62,862 nt of DNA from assembly GCF_001194135.2 (NCBI RefSeq), contig NC_068992.1, positions 20,759,174-20,822,035 of the forward strand, given 5' to 3'. Of this stretch, positions 1-13,769 are shown piece by piece. The position numbers and the translations under genes were made by a program. The number at the start of each line of letters is the position of its first letter. Position 1 is the stretch's first letter. The notes beneath the pieces are model-generated. The model made no database searches and was not told where the DNA came from. It saw nothing but the letters and a program-made list of their open reading frames with translations. This stretch comes from Octopus bimaculoides. Taxonomy: Eukaryota.

Positions 1-519
1 ATATATATATATATATATATATATATAATCGAAACGTCAAATATCCTGATAATGAAGAAATTACATTAATGTAATATAATATTATCTCATTTTTATCAGC
101 TCATTTTACTCTATTATTTCATTATATCATCGTCTTAAAACCACTTTATATTATTCATTCATATTGATGTTCGTTAATAAGTATATGATCTATTGATTAT
201 ATTGGTAACCTTTATAAATTCGATAATACATTAATTGTTGTTGAGATCCACAGCACTCTTTGGCTACCTTTGCATTTCTCATAGGCTGATCGTCCTCATG
301 ATGCCAAATTCTATGAAATATATTGAAATTGCTGCTAGTAGGTTTTGTCTTTCAAACTCCTATTTAATGTGACTTTCCTACTCTTATGTTATGCCTATCA
401 CGCATTTTAATACCTGTTGCACATTCTCCAATTTCTGAGTCGCATTCACACACAACTGTTATCTTCACCAGCCCGTGATTCTTAGTTGATTTCATTATAT
501 GTTATAGTAAAAAAAAAAT

Positions 520-777
520 TAAAGATGCTTCCCGAGACATATAGACTCACAAGGTCGGTTTCTCGGTCCCCATGGTGCATACACACCCTACCTGGATGGG
601 ACGCGAGTCCGTTGCAGGTTTACTCATTTTTGCTAGCTGAGTAGACTGGGGCAACGTGAAATCAAGTGTTTTGCTCAGGAACACAGCTCGTCACCCTGTT
701 CAGGAATCGAAACAACAATCTTATTATCATGAGTCCAACAAGCTAACCACGATACCACGTGCATCCCAAATACAAAT
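520..777 (-). mobile_element. tRNA-derived SINE, head H1 (CORE-like middle) + tail T2
   Basis: Minus strand reads gtggttagcttgttggactcatg...gtttcgattcctg (Pol III A/B-box-like), then tgtgttcctgagcaaaacacttgatttcacgttgccccagtc (CORE-like), then a tail homologous to 42850-42935. Confidence 0.8.
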
Positions 778-988
778 AATATTATTAATTTCATTTTATG
801 TTATCTCACGAGATATTGACACAACATTGTTATATATCTCGGGAGAGTCTCATGCATGTCAAGTTGAGAAATGGTAATGTTAACCCATGTATCACTGAGC
901 GAGGCGTTCCATCATTTATGGATTAGATCTCCTAAAATGCATTATTCTCTAACGGTCAGATAGACATTTTTAATATTCCTAAGTGATA

Positions 989-1190
989 AAGGCGGTGAGC
1001 TGGTCAAAATGCTTAGAAGCATCTCGTCCATCTTAGCCATCTGGATTCGAATTCCTCGGAGGTCAACTCTGCCTTACAATCTCTCTGGTTTGATAAAAAA
1101 AGAAGTACGAGTTGTGCACTGGGGTCGTGTAATCGACTTAACCCCACCCCCAAAATCTGCAGGCTTCATGCCAAAATTTGAAACCAATAT
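989..1190 (+). mobile_element. SINE family B copy (internally deleted head)
   Basis: aaggcggtgagctgg...aaatgcttag...ggggtcgtgtaatcgactta...gaaaccaat matches copies at 18588, 18936, 47863 and 49305 (minus). Confidence 0.85.
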
Positions 1191-1363
1191 ATTTAAACTT
1201 TCATATGATTTTGGTATTCTGTTCTTCGGAGACTTTTCCGAGAAATATATTTTCCGCTCATGATACCATTCTAAATGCGTTAACACATTAATATAGCTGA
1301 TCCAAACTTGATGTATTATACTCCAATATAAATATCTAATAAGCTCACTCTCCATTTACGTTT

Positions 1364-1413
<50 letters not shown>

Positions 1414-1485
1414 TATTATAGGTATACATATTCAAATGGTAATTATCAACCCAGCTTTTGTATATGCCAATTTCAAATGAATGTA

Positions 1486-1866
1486 GGAGGCGCAATGTCC
1501 CAGTGGTTAGGGCAGCGGACTCGCGGTCAGAGGATCACGGCTTCGATTCCCAGACCGGGCGTTATGAGTGTTTATTGAGCGAAAACACCTAAAGCTCCAA
1601 GAGGCTCCGGCAGCGGATGGTGGCGAACCCTGCTGTGCTCTTCCACCACAACTTTCTCTCACTCTTACTTCCTGTTTGTGCTGTGCCTGTAATTCAAAGG
1701 GTCAGACTTGTTACACTGTGTCACGCTGAATATCCCCGAGAACTATGCTAAGGCTACACGTGTCTGTGGAGTGCTCAGCCACTTGCATGTTAATTTCACG
1801 AGCAGGCTGTTCCGTTGATCGGATCAACTAGAACCCTCAACGTCGTAAGCGACGGAGTGCCAACAA
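1486..1866 (+). mobile_element. tRNA-derived SINE, head H2 + tail T1
   Basis: ggaggcgcaatgtcccagtggttagggcagcggactcgcgg...ttcgattcccagaccgggcg tRNA-like head, nearly identical to 42654. Ends gtcgtaagcgacggagtgccaacaa. Confidence 0.85.
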
Positions 1867-1964
1867 TGTCAAATGAAGAACAGTAAGGTGAGATGATGCC
1901 GTTGAGGGGCAACAAAGATAAACAGAGATGAAGACAAGGGGGAGAAGCGAGTATGACTTACTCA

Positions 1965-2110
1965 ATGCATGAGTAATATCGAATATTTGTGGACATGTAC
2001 AAAGCCTGGATTTACAAGAGATTCGCTCACTTTTTATAAGAGAATCTAGACGATTATTTTCGTCATGTTCCTCAATGAGAATGGCTTTAAAACACATTTT
2101 TCGTAACTGA
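1965..2110 (+). pseudogene. Possible very decayed Merlin/IS1595-like transposase C-terminal fragment
   Basis: Manual translation SNIEYLWTCTK...(frameshift)ENLDDYF..MFL loosely recalls the N-I-E-x-L-W...YL-x-EF C-terminal motif. Weak, and needs a frameshift. Confidence 0.2.
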
Positions 2111-3574
2111 TTTTTGTGTGCAAACACATGAAGATACATACGATGTCAGCAGAATACACATGAAGATGCAGCCGATGTTAGCGTCTTAAGTGTTTATTGT
2201 TCCTAACACTGAAACGACGGGTCGTTTCTGCTATTTAATGAGTTATTAATCAATATAATACGCACCAGTATTGTATATTTGGAGCAAACAATTATAAAAT
2301 AACTGAAAAAGGGTGTGTGCCCTCTTTTGTTATCGCTGTTAAGCCGTTAAATTTTGTTAAGCCCTCAAAGTTCAATAATGCATTTTAACATCATTTATCT
2401 TGTGCTTCTTAACATAGCCAACATTTCGAACTATACTCTATATTTAAAGGAAAAATCATTTTTCGAACATGTCCAAAAACCTGCTAGAGGTTTCTTTCTA
2501 GCATTTGAAAGAGAAACAAGCTCACAAGTTATGTAAACCAAAATACTAGAGTACAATGTATGCATAAAAAATATATATGTAGCAATCAGATAGTAGCAAT
2601 ATATTGTGAATATCCGAAGTCCTTAACGGCAATACATATATGCTAAATATATCTCTAATCGATTAAATATCATGTGTGTTATAGGGTAATGAAAGTTAGA
2701 ATACTGTTTTGAATATGTATTTATTAATCATCGTATCATAATTTAAAAAATGAATTTAGACGATATATGATTGGATAAATTCTAAGAATGAATGAATTGA
2801 AAATAAAACTAACCTGCAAAGAGGAATTAATTACTACAGTTTAATTTAACCAAATAGAAAGGTAACACAATGGAAATAAAGGATACACACAAGCCTAAAT
2901 ACATTTGTATGTGTGTGCGTGTAAGTGTGTCTGTCTGTGGAACAACAATTAGTAATGCTTAGAAGAATTATGGATTAATATTACTTTCATTGGATATAGC
3001 ACTCATTGGAATGGTAATGCAAAGCAAAGCTGCAATGATATAAACTTGGTTACTCTCCAAAATACTTAGCATACCGTATCATTGAAAACTATATAATTAA
3101 AATTTTATCAATTTTGATTTATATAACTGTCAGCGATGCAGTATATTTAATTGATACCTCTGTTTAATATTTTCAAAGGAAAACCAAATGAATGTGACTG
3201 AAAACACTTTGAATTTTTGGTAAGGGATTAATAATGCAAGAGAATACTTATTTCGAAAAAGAATATACCATTCTTCTTAATTTGATATAATGCGTCCATA
3301 GATAAGTTCATAACACTTCATACTCACTACTCTGATTTCTGATAGAACGTAATTATTTTTAATATATTAATATATGTTTAAACTGAACCACGAAAGAAAC
3401 ATAGCACACTTACTGAAGAGAGAGCGGTTTATTAACAGACTGCCATAGCATTGAGTGAAGAGTGATAATTAATAAACCGTTCTATCCTAATTATAAAACG
3501 TCATTTCCTGAAACATATTTGATGTCACATGGTGTCACATGATGCCGGAGTGTTTTGGATCCAAATACATTAAC

Positions 3575-4005
3575 TCAATATTTCGTGTGACCATTGCTGA
3601 TATCGCCAGTTATTACGTTTTTCAGCCCACTACAAACGTGCTCGTCGATGACGATCTGTGAGGATGGGGCCCGTAGCCGGACGTCGAAAAGACAAATTGA
3701 AAGATCTCAGCCAGCGGCGAACTCTTTCAGCCCAACTGGGTCTGTAGTGAGTCCTTATGATCTTCCAAGGTGATTACGTCGTCTTCCAGAATCGCAGGTG
3801 GCGATCTTGACATGCCGTTGTAATCTTCAGTCGGCCACTGTGTGGACGATCGTCCTTGCCGTTTGTGGCATTCTATGGTTCCCTCAGCCTCTCAGTTGTC
3901 CGAACACTGCAGTTCAAGTCATTAGCAATGATCCATGGACGCTGACCAGCATGGAGAGGTCCGATGGCTCGCTCCCTCCCTCTGATTTCTTGTCAGTCTT
4001 GGCAT
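3575..4005 (-). mobile_element. Tc1-family transposase remnant (N-terminal HTH DNA-binding region), pseudogenised
   Basis: Minus strand: MPRLTRNQ/ERAIGPLHAGQRPWIIANDLNCSVRTTERLRE*NATNGKDDRPHSGRLKITTACQDRHL, then RVRRWLRSFNLSFRRPATGPILTDRHRRARL*WAEKRNNWRYQQWS. This fits the Tc1/Tc3 HTH pattern. It breaks off before the DDE domain. The leader probably extends to ~4427. Confidence 0.85.
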
Positions 4006-4482
4006 GCATGCTGCTTTCGGGAAACGAATTGATTTTATTCTAGCCATAAAGGTCCAACACAGAGGGTACGGCACAAGGACAGACAAACAAAAGCTGGGGG
4101 AAAACCAACGACAAAAAAATGGAAGAAATATAAACCATGTTTGGGGGAATGACGGCTACTCGAGCCCCACATCTCAAGTAGCCTCATTTGAAGGGAACGC
4201 CTGGTAAGCTGGTAATTTGGGGTGCATTTTGTACCCAATAAGTCAACGTTTTGCAAATGCATCAGGCTTTTCATAAAGATGCGTTCGTGAGCATTACCAT
4301 GTTCACGACAAGAGAGCGAGTTCGAACGCTACATGCAATCCTTGTGGTTTCAAATGAGAGTGGTGTTATGGGTTAGTCATATTTTCCTGGTGTGATAAAA
4401 AAAACTCATATAGTCTCAAATTCGTGTATGTAACAAATGATCTCTTACAGTGTGACGTTTCTTTTGTACTTCAATACACACA

Positions 4483-4496
4483 CACAGACACACATA

Positions 4497-4545
<49 letters not shown>
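4483..4545. repeat. (CA)n-CG-(TG)n inverted dinucleotide microsatellite
   Basis: cacacacacagacacacatacacgtgtgtgtg..., directly visible. Confidence 0.9.
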
Positions 4546-4546
<1 letters not shown>

Positions 4547-5281
4547 GCATGTGGAATATTTTTAAAGGAACACTTATGTGGAACAAAACGATTACAATAT
4601 ATACGCAATACAGAAACAGATAACTCTAGTGAAGCTGTAAATACGGTGACAACAACGTGGTAGCAATTATTCATTAATTTAAAAGTCGTAGAGATATCGT
4701 GAAACGGATAGTATAGAGGCAGTAGTAATCACAGCGGTGAGCACGCATATAATACAGGGCTATTGAACATATAAGCACTGTATTTACATTAATCTGTGAA
4801 ACAACGAAAGTACTTTTTTTTTTAATATCATAGGAATCAAAACAGAAATAATTCAATTAGCATAACCAATAATTAATATCAAAGTTGCAGATTGAAACAA
4901 TACAGCACCTAATAGCTAACTGAATAAAAAATAAAACTATAACTAAATCACAGGTATCAATGAGTGCAAATAGTCAAAGGGGAATGGTGCATGAATACGT
5001 GTTTGACACGAAAATGAAAACAACTGAATAAGTGTCAAGATTACTTACTAAGATATCGCAGCAAAACTCAAAACACGAAAAAATAAAAAGTAATGCCAAA
5101 TTAGAAGCAGACCAATGCTGTGAATCTTGTGACAAAATGTCATATATATACATATACATATATATNNNNNNNNNNNNNNNNNNNNNNNNNNNNNNNNNNN
5201 NNNNNNNNNNNNNNNNNNNNNNNNNNNNNNNNNNNNNNNNNNNNNNNNNNNNNNNNNNNNNNNNNNNNNNNNNNNNNNNNN

Positions 5282-5317
<36 letters not shown>

Positions 5318-6469
5318 TACACAAATATATACATACATACCAAACATGTACATATCTAAGTTATCAGCGTGAATCAAAAACATGAATATATGTGTATATG
5401 CAAACTCCACCCCCGTCACTGTACACGCGCATACATGTATATACGTGTATGTGTGTTGCTATGTGAGTAATCATGTGTACGCGTTCATGAGCATAAGTTA
5501 ATGTCAATTACACAAACACACACACACACACGCACACACACATATATATATGAATATATTTAGTAAGAATTTTATCAAAGTGTCAAGCTATGTAATTAAC
5601 AAAACAAGCAAATAAATAAGTTTTACTGTTTTAGTTGGTAATGATGACAAACAAAAAATGAAAGAAGCCATCATTACATTCAAAAAGTTGTAAATTATCG
5701 TGGTTTCTCTACACATACTACGAAACTGAAGGTTTTCGTCGAGAGAATAAAACAGAGGCGTAAAACTAAAAAGAAATGAAACATACGGAATTTTTTAAAT
5801 GAATAAAGTAAAGAAGGGTTATGATTCTTTATTGCAGATTGTAAGGATTTTTCACATTTTAATTAAATCAAACGATGTTCACAATATGTATGACACCTGT
5901 TACAAATCAAAATATTCGTTTCTTTCGTTTTTAGAATAACAATATAATCATAACTCTTTGTGAGTAGTGACACAATTCTGTGTTCATGAAGATGAATGAA
6001 AACAAAAAACAAAAATGAAAATTATTCAAACACCTAAGAACAGATAATTTTACAAATACTATCAGAGATTATAACCTGACAAATATTACTGTAAGTAGGT
6101 AATCTGTTCAGAAGCCTTAGAAATCCTCAAACATTAGGTATGAAATATCAAATATTTTTGGTGTGTTTTGTATATGTTCACATTGTCATTATATATTCGA
6201 ACGCAACATATTCTGAGCGTTGTGAGCTCTGGTTAAGTCTATTCAATTGTTTTGGTTCGACGCAATTTAATTATCGTTCCATTGGAAAGCTTTTCCAGAA
6301 GATAATATTTTCAAGTAAAGAAAAACAGAATGTGTGCTGAAATTAAAATAGACGTGACCATCTTTTACATAGGGAGAGAATGCACCGAATCTTTCACCTG
6401 AAAAATCATATCAATAGTTCAAAATCTTGGATAATGCAACTGTGTATATGAGCGTCATTCAAACAGAAA

Positions 6470-6742
6470 CAATAAATGGTTTCTGAAGTAGCAGTGTTAA
6501 CTGGAAAATAAAAAATGATATCTCCATAAAAAAAAAAGATTGCACTTAATTAATGAGAATATTCCAATTGCTGTAGACATTAAAGCCAAGCATTTAATTC
6601 TTCAACAAATACGATTGTTCATGCAGGACTTTGCTTTGTTCCCACGACAACTATGCTGAGCGTCGTTAGTTCTACGATGATATTATGATCGAAGATTTTC
6701 TTACAATATTTCATGGTATGTGCTAACGGCAAACTAATAGTA
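6470..6742 (+). mobile_element. Probable Helitron helicase C-terminus and 3' end, heavily decayed
   Basis: With frameshifts: SEVAVLTGK; gctgtagacattaaagccaag (~AMTINKAQ); tgctttgttcccacgacaacta (~CFSHGQLY). Followed by gtgctaacggcaaactaatagt, resembling a degenerate Helitron 3' hairpin/CTAG end. Confidence 0.4.
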
Positions 6743-7370
6743 CAAACGCGATTGCTGACAATGTCATACAACACATAAAACCTCTTGCCATAGACATAAA
6801 TGTGGACATCGCAACTACTTTGCTATTCATTTGCTATAAAGACGTATTATTCTGTCTCCACTTCAAACTGTGCAGATAAAGCCATAGCGGAATATCATTC
6901 TACATATCAAACGACTCTGGAAATGGGACTAAAGTTAATACAATGAAACCAAAGAGCTTCTATTCTATCCATGCCATACTCACTTGCACCGTTTCAATTG
7001 AAATATAACGATAAAATGGAAGGATGAACACTGAAAGTGTCTCTTTTAATACTTCTTTGTTAGTATCATATTTCAAAATTATGCTTCCAGGCGTGAATAT
7101 AAGACTTCCTTCTGATGAAGAAAACAACATTTATCTAAAGGTAGAGAATATATTGAAGATCTCTGTTTACGGAGAAAATAAACGATTGACATAATACACT
7201 TGGCTACATGCAGGTGATACAGTGATAATTGACAGAGAATAGTTAATGGCGGTATTTATGAACAGAAAGAAGTGTGATAGCGGTTACATAAGTAGATTGT
7301 TGAAGGAAACAAGAAACAGTTAGTACATAGTTGGCATACATTGAAGGACACGAGACTTCGAAAAGAACGA

Positions 7371-7407
<37 letters not shown>

Positions 7408-9080
7408 CACTATCAATTGACACAGTGGTAATTCACACAGCAAGAAGTTCCCAATCTATGGTGTAAGCTATATACATTTTACCTATCACCATTGATTGGT
7501 ATGGATTCTTAATCCCTTTTCAACTCCACGTGTATGAATGTGTGTGTTCATGCGCGCGTGTACATGTCTGTATGTGTGTGTGTGCATGTGTGTCTGTATG
7601 TACATATATATATATATATATATACACGCAATATTCGTGAAACTGTGATTATATAAAAGAAAACTGTTGCTTTCGTTTCAGAAAGATATGAATATTTAAA
7701 TATTTATATATAAAGATGAAATACCTATTGATGACTGAATTTTACAATGAACATCGAGGGATTAATCTTTAGCGTCAACGTAAAGATGTCTAATATTTTG
7801 GAGAGGGAAAATAAATCAACGATGTAAAGATTTAAGACACTCCTATATTTGATTCCCGTATAAAATCCGTATAAAACTTTTCAAATAATTGCCCACTATG
7901 ATCGGAAACCCCATGATGGAAGAGTGTAATTAACAAGATAATGTTGATGGAAATACTCATGATATCTGTTTTGCGGGTAGCAATCACCATTATTAATTAT
8001 AATCCTGTTCTAACAATTTTGACAAGTGCATAATGAGATAGTATTTAATTAATCAAACTGTATACAACTATAAACAAAAATATCAATCACAAGATTAAAT
8101 ACTTTCACTCCATGTGTTCCCATATACTACACGGTAATACTTCATCTCAATTAATGGATGTCAAGATAAAAACAACCGGTTTATTCATTTCGTGACATAT
8201 TCATTGTAACGCAATCTTAATTATCATCTATGCGTTTTCTTTGAATATTACTCTCTATATTCATACTACATGAATTTATCCTAATCTAAACAAGCTGAAT
8301 TGCTTTTGAACTTTTGTATACAATTCGGGGAATTGTTAGTCAAACATGTGTAGGAAAGAGTTCACTGAACTAGAGAAGCCGTAAAAATTGTTTACGAATG
8401 CGTTCATTATTAAAGTTTTAACTTTCGAAAATAAACATCAAAAACTGAGAAAATCCAGGAAGAATATGAAATGAGATTAGGAATAAGGGAGATAAGCCGG
8501 TGCTACGTGACGCTGAATTCACCATTTGGTGATATCTGCTCAGATGGTGACGGACTACCGACCAAATAGTTTCTAGTTAGTTTCCATCTCCGTGAAATAC
8601 TTTCTCGTCAAAAGCTGCGCAGACTGAGAAACAATAGTTAGAACTAAAATTGAATGAGTCTTGCTTGTTGTGTTGTGGCATAACCATCCTATCAGGCTCC
8701 AAATAATGTATCGAATGAATCAAAATAAAATAAATGCAAAATATATGGAGATGATGGGTGAAACAAATAATAACATTATCATGGTGATAAACCTTTGACC
8801 AAGTCTATACGTTGAAAGAAAGTGTTTTTGATTCTATAACAACGTAAGAAAGTTAGTCCATTAGACATTTAGTAATTAAACGATTTCAACAGTCATAAGA
8901 ATGATTAATACAGCATTGTTTAATACAGTCAACAACACGGGGAAACCAAGATAAATTAATATGGATATTGTTTATTATCATCAATGATTGCTACGTTTAT
9001 AAGCGCGCCCTAATCAAAATGCTACTCCCAACATACGTTAATCGGATTTGAACACTGAGCCTATCAGGCCCTTTACTGGG

Positions 9081-9432
9081 CTACTTGAAAAAATATTTCA
9101 GCACCAGTACAGTGCGAACACCCTCAAAATTGAGATGATAGTTGTATCGGAGAGATAGGAATGGGTTATGTGGCACTATGAAGCTATTATCTACTTCATT
9201 AAATGTCTGAGTTGTTCTTATAATGTGTGTCCTGCTTCCAGAAGTCGATGATCGACGTCTGTATTCTGGATACGCGTTATCACTCAAAACTATGGTACTT
9301 CTGCATTATTTGGGAAATGATTTTGTGCATTTTGGTGGATCACCATCCATGCATGATCTGTTTCGATTATGGAATCCACATGGTCCCAGTAGTTCTGGGT
9401 TCATATCCTTATCTGTTATCTCCGCATACTTG
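9081..9432 (-). mobile_element. Helitron Rep/helicase fragment (pseudogene)
   Basis: KYAEITDKDMNPELLGPCGFHNRNRSCMDGDPPKCTKSFPK*CRSTIVLSDNAYPEYRRR...VDNSFIVPHNPFLSLRYNYHLNFEGVRTVLVLKYFFK. This matches the Helitron Rep pattern HGPCG..CM..C.K.FPK..YP.YRRR..VDN..IVPYNP.L..RY..HINVE..KY.FK. Confidence 0.9.
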
Positions 9433-10239
9433 TTTTTAATGTGACAGTTAATCTCTCTCGGCTGGAATTGAGCCTGGTAAAGTAAAGAAATATTTCAGCG
9501 CATTTTGTGCCATGCTCAAGCGATTCAGCCATCATACTGAAAACTCAAGCGAATATATTTTACCTTACAATGTTTACCAATAAAGTTTCAATTTTATACG
9601 GATCGCCTTAGCAGATAGAGGATGTCATATAATGTGTAGTTCTGCACTAAACAGTCACAAATCACTATACATAGTTGTAAGAAATTGACGAAAACACCAG
9701 AAACAACTCTGTAAATGGAAATTAGAAAGGTGAGATCACCAGTTCACAACAAATTAAGCATCTAAAAATCAATGAGGCAGGATCGCGATACACATGTACG
9801 TATACTTAGGGATAAATGAAGCAAGCATAACATAACATACGCAATTAACTGTAAATGTGAAAGCAAATATATGCAAATTTGATTAGTATTCCTAATGACA
9901 CGAAACTAAATACAAATAAATATCACATATAGTCATATTATATCAGAGAAACTATATCCACTTTCAATTATAAATCAGAATGAATTAATCTAAGGAAAAT
10001 ATGCTGATACAAATGTAATACGTGAAAGAAATTAAAACACGCCACAAATTTTTCAGTACACAATGTGCGTTTAGCATACATGAACTGAGAAATGGATAAC
10101 ATTATAAACTAGGAAATTTTACATTAAAGAAATACCTAATGTAAACGGTACGTTAACTACATGAGTTACAGGTCGTAAAATGGAGAGTAAGTCGACACAT
10201 CCGTCCATGTGTTTTGACGTTCGGTCTCAGGCGCGTCAC

Positions 10240-10530
10240 CTCTTGAAAGTGATGTCTTCTGTAGACTTGGGCAGGCCAATGCCTAGTGAGGGAATTGTGT
10301 AGGCAGAAACAGTGTGGTAGCCTGTCGTACAGCCTGTTGCCTCCACCAACGCTATTGCCTGATAAGGAACGTTGGTTTGTCTATGATTTGTCACCATGTG
10401 CTAGTAACCTAGCAATGAGCGACAGAGTAATTAAAAAACTTAAAGCATTATGAAATACTGGGCTGATTTCTTCGACTAAACATTTGATGGTAGTGTCTCA
10501 TTACAGTCACAGTCCTATAAATGAAATCAG
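10240..10530 (+). mobile_element. SINE family C, old degenerate copy
   Basis: Collinear degenerate match (gtcttct...ggccaatgcc...cctgtcgta...ctgggctgatttcttcgactaaa) to 31297-31735 and 49543-49964. Confidence 0.6.
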
Positions 10531-10861
10531 TAAATCTTAAATGAATGTATCGTATCCGAACTATTGAGAGCTTTTGTTAATTCTCCAGGTATTAAACTCC
10601 AAAAATATGCACAGTCGTAATCTTCCTGAAGGGAGGACGTGCTATTAAAGCTGCTATCTCTGGTGCATACCTACATAGCAAACAAGGTATTGGAGAATGA
10701 TGCCAATGTAGTTACAAGGTTATTATAAAGAATGTAGTAAAACAGTATTCGTTTTTACCAATTATTGTGATTGTTTAAACATTAGTAGAGGACATATTAT
10801 TAAGAGCGTACATATTTTCAGACCAATAATTCTAGCGATATATAATATTCAAAATACGTTT

Positions 10862-10969
10862 TAATCCCTCGCCATATCGAGGGTCACCTATTGCGGTTCA
10901 CCTATTGCGGTTTACCTATCGCGGGGGATTTTGGAACGTAACACTTGCGATAGTCAAGAGATTACTGTA
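10862..10969. mobile_element. Short pogo/Tigger-type (Tc1/mariner superfamily) MITE with internal 14-bp x3 repeat
   Basis: Left end taatccctcgccatatcg. Right end gcgatagtcaagagattactgta (revcomp tacagtaatctcttgactatcgc), i.e. imperfect TIRs ending in CTG-TA. Internal tcacctattgcggt x2 plus ttacctatcgcggg at 10884-10925. Confidence 0.55.
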
Positions 10970-11454
10970 TGCAATATATATGGAACGCAGCTGGATGCTA
11001 GAAAGTAATGCAACATGCAGGAACAACATTGTTAGGCGTATAGGAAAGAAAAATACCTCTCCCTCTCTCTCCCTCCCTCACTCTCTCCTTTTCTCTCTCT
11101 TTGAAATAAATATTATATATATATATAAGGAGAGATATGTTGAGTTAAGAGGGCTCCAGGTGTCTGTAAATATACGGTTGAGTTGGCGTGTTGATTGTGC
11201 TGTTACTACACACACCTCCATGTGTGCATCTATTCACATAAGGATCTCAGATGAAGATTCTTTGGAATGTCTTACCCATCTCCACTGTGCTAGTAACAGA
11301 TTGGATTTGGAGAATCCATGTCAGCTTCTTTTGCTCTTTCTCCGTGAATATTTCTTGTTTTTGTACCAATTTGTTGTATGTATGTATGTATGTATGTATG
11401 TATGTATGTATGTATGCATGTATGTATGTATCAATGCATGTATGTACGTATATG

Positions 11455-11700
11455 TAGAGGTGTGTGGCTTATTGGCTAGGGTGTTGGACTCACAATCGTA
11501 AGATTGTGGTTTCGATCCCTAAACCGGGAGATCCGTTGTGTCCTTAAGCAAAAACACTTCCATTTCATGTTGCTCCAGTCCACTCATCTGTAGAAATGAC
11601 TTTAATCTGGCGAGGGATGTACCGCCCCAGGGTTCCGCGCCCTAAATACGCTACATGGTTGCAGTGTCCGAACGACTCCAAAGTGGTTAAGGGACTTGAC
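11455..11700 (+). mobile_element. tRNA-derived SINE, head H1 + CORE-like domain
   Basis: gtgtggcttattggctagggtgttggactcacaatcgtaagattgtggtttcgatcc...tgtgtccttaagcaaaaacactt...gttgctccagtccactca. Confidence 0.8.
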
Positions 11701-12231
11701 AATTGTCAATATGCGTATATATGTATGTATGTCTATATATAATTTATATCCATGGAAATTCTAGTGGCGAAATGCGATTTCAACTACGATACTTTATTAG
11801 AAACTTATAAAAAATATTTATCCTCATCTTTATGTATTTTATTAATAGATGTGAGTCATTTTTGCCTGAGATATCAATTAGTTTAGTTTATAAAATGCTG
11901 ACATGCGTGTAAATTGTCTCGACAGTTCATTAATTCATATATCACATAAATCATTCCATATGTCGTTTGTTTTTTAGTAATTTCTTTCTGCCACTGCTTT
12001 TAAGTTTTTCTCTGTATCTATTTAGTGTTCTACATGGAACATTTTATGACAACATTGATGATCATGATAACAACGTTGTTCACGATGATAAACGTGGTCA
12101 TCATCATAGTCCTCATCTGCATCAGCATCACCAACACCACCATCGTAATGTTTCTATCTATGCGAGCATAGAAAACAGGCTCGCGTGCACGTTCGTTTCC
12201 GTTCTTGTGCACGCGGATATGGACACACACA

Positions 12232-12276
<45 letters not shown>

Positions 12277-13170
12277 ACACACACACATTCATGTATATAT
12301 ATGTGTATATATGCATATATATATATATATATATATATATANNNNNNNNNNNNNNNNNNNNNNNNNNNNNNNNNNNNNNNNNNNNNNNNNNNNNNNNNNN
12401 NNNNNNNNNNNNNNNNNNNNNNNNNNNNNNNNNNNNNNNNNNNNNNNNNNNNNNNNNNNNNNNNNNNNNNNNNNNNNNNNNNNNNNNNNNNNNNNNNNNN
12501 NNNNNNNNNNNNNNNNNNNNNNNNNNNNNNNNNNNNNNNNNNNNNNNNNNNNNNNNNNNNNNNNNNNNNNNNNNNNNNNNNNNNNNNNNNNNNNNNNNNN
12601 NNNNNNNNNNNNNNNNNNNNNNNNNNNNNNNNNNNNNNNNNNNNNNNNNNNNNNNNNNNNNNNNNNNNNNNNNNNNNNNNNNNNNNNNNNNNNNNNNNNN
12701 NNNNNNNATATATATACGCATACACACATGCATATATATACATATATATATATGTACTATGCATATATATCTATACAAACAAATATATTTGAAGTCATGG
12801 GGAACCGCATTTCTTTTACATATATTTTACATAGATCACGACTATATCCTAGTCTCAAATATCCGAATGGTTGTAATGTAATCTAGCTAAATATGTGTCA
12901 TGCCGCTTACTTCGAGAAATATTGTTCGGTAACCAAGCTTTTCGAAACTTTCACAAGTCTCATATGGAGCCTGTGCCATGTTGTTAGTTTGTTTGATTGT
13001 TTTTTTTTTACTGACGACGAACGTTTTGTTTTTTTAATGTTTTTCTTTCGACTTTCCTTCACATCCCTGAGTGATCAATAAAATAAATAATTACCTGTCA
13101 ATCACCTGGGTCGATGTCGTCCATTAGACTTTCCGCCACATTTCAGGCCTTGTACCTATTGTAGAAACGA

Positions 13171-13688
13171 TTATTATAATTGTTGAGCGAGCAGCGCATA
13201 TCATTAAAATGAAACTGGGGTACAAATATACGTATCTCAATACACCCATCTTGAGTACCTGTCTGACAAGTACCACAACCATATTTGCGCGACGTGGCGA
13301 CTTCGTATTAAGTTAAACAGCTCATGACCTTGCATGTGGGAGCAGTTACAATTTTCTTCAGGTAGTGTATCCCATCTCGCTCAAAAGGCCGCCGAAGAAG
13401 GTTTATTAAAGGATGATGAAAGAAACACTCATGTTTCCCGTGGTGTATTATTCGCACCTTAAGAGATCCCTCTCAACATCTGGTTATGATGCTCCCTCAC
13501 TACTCCTGCTCTTGATCAGAGATGCACGTGTCATCAGCCACACAGTGACATGCTCAAGTTGTTATGGTCATGCAACTGATAATCAAATCTGTCGTATTAA
13601 ACAGAATATTTGCTGTAGCCCATCGTTTAAACCACGACAAATCATGAACATGTTAACATTTCCAATCAGAATCCATGAGTGACACTGC
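13171..13688 (-). mobile_element. Degenerate copy of the ~560-bp (AAT)n-tailed element (see 53008-53565)
   Basis: Collinear similarity along its length with 53008-53565 (e.g. caaccatat, cccatctcgctcaaaagg, ggttatgatgctccctcactact, cagaatatttgctgtagcccatc). Decayed ttattataatt at the left end. Confidence 0.8.
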
Positions 13689-13769
13689 TAATATTGCATT
13701 ATTGCATATGATTGAGACTGACCGGAGAATATTTTGTCGCTGAAAAAATAATATAGATGAAACTACTCA

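Noticed and set aside
6983-7029. Minus-strand ag|47 nt|gtgagt candidate exon (FILPFYRYISIETVQ)
   Set aside because: Isolated, poor pyrimidine tract, peptide not recognised, no partner exons.
11967-12886. 304-aa ORF with a His-rich tract (HHHSPHLHQHHQHHH) and overlapping long ORFs
   Set aside because: Made of degenerate (CAT)n, (CA)n and (TA)n repeats plus a 366-N gap; not a credible protein.
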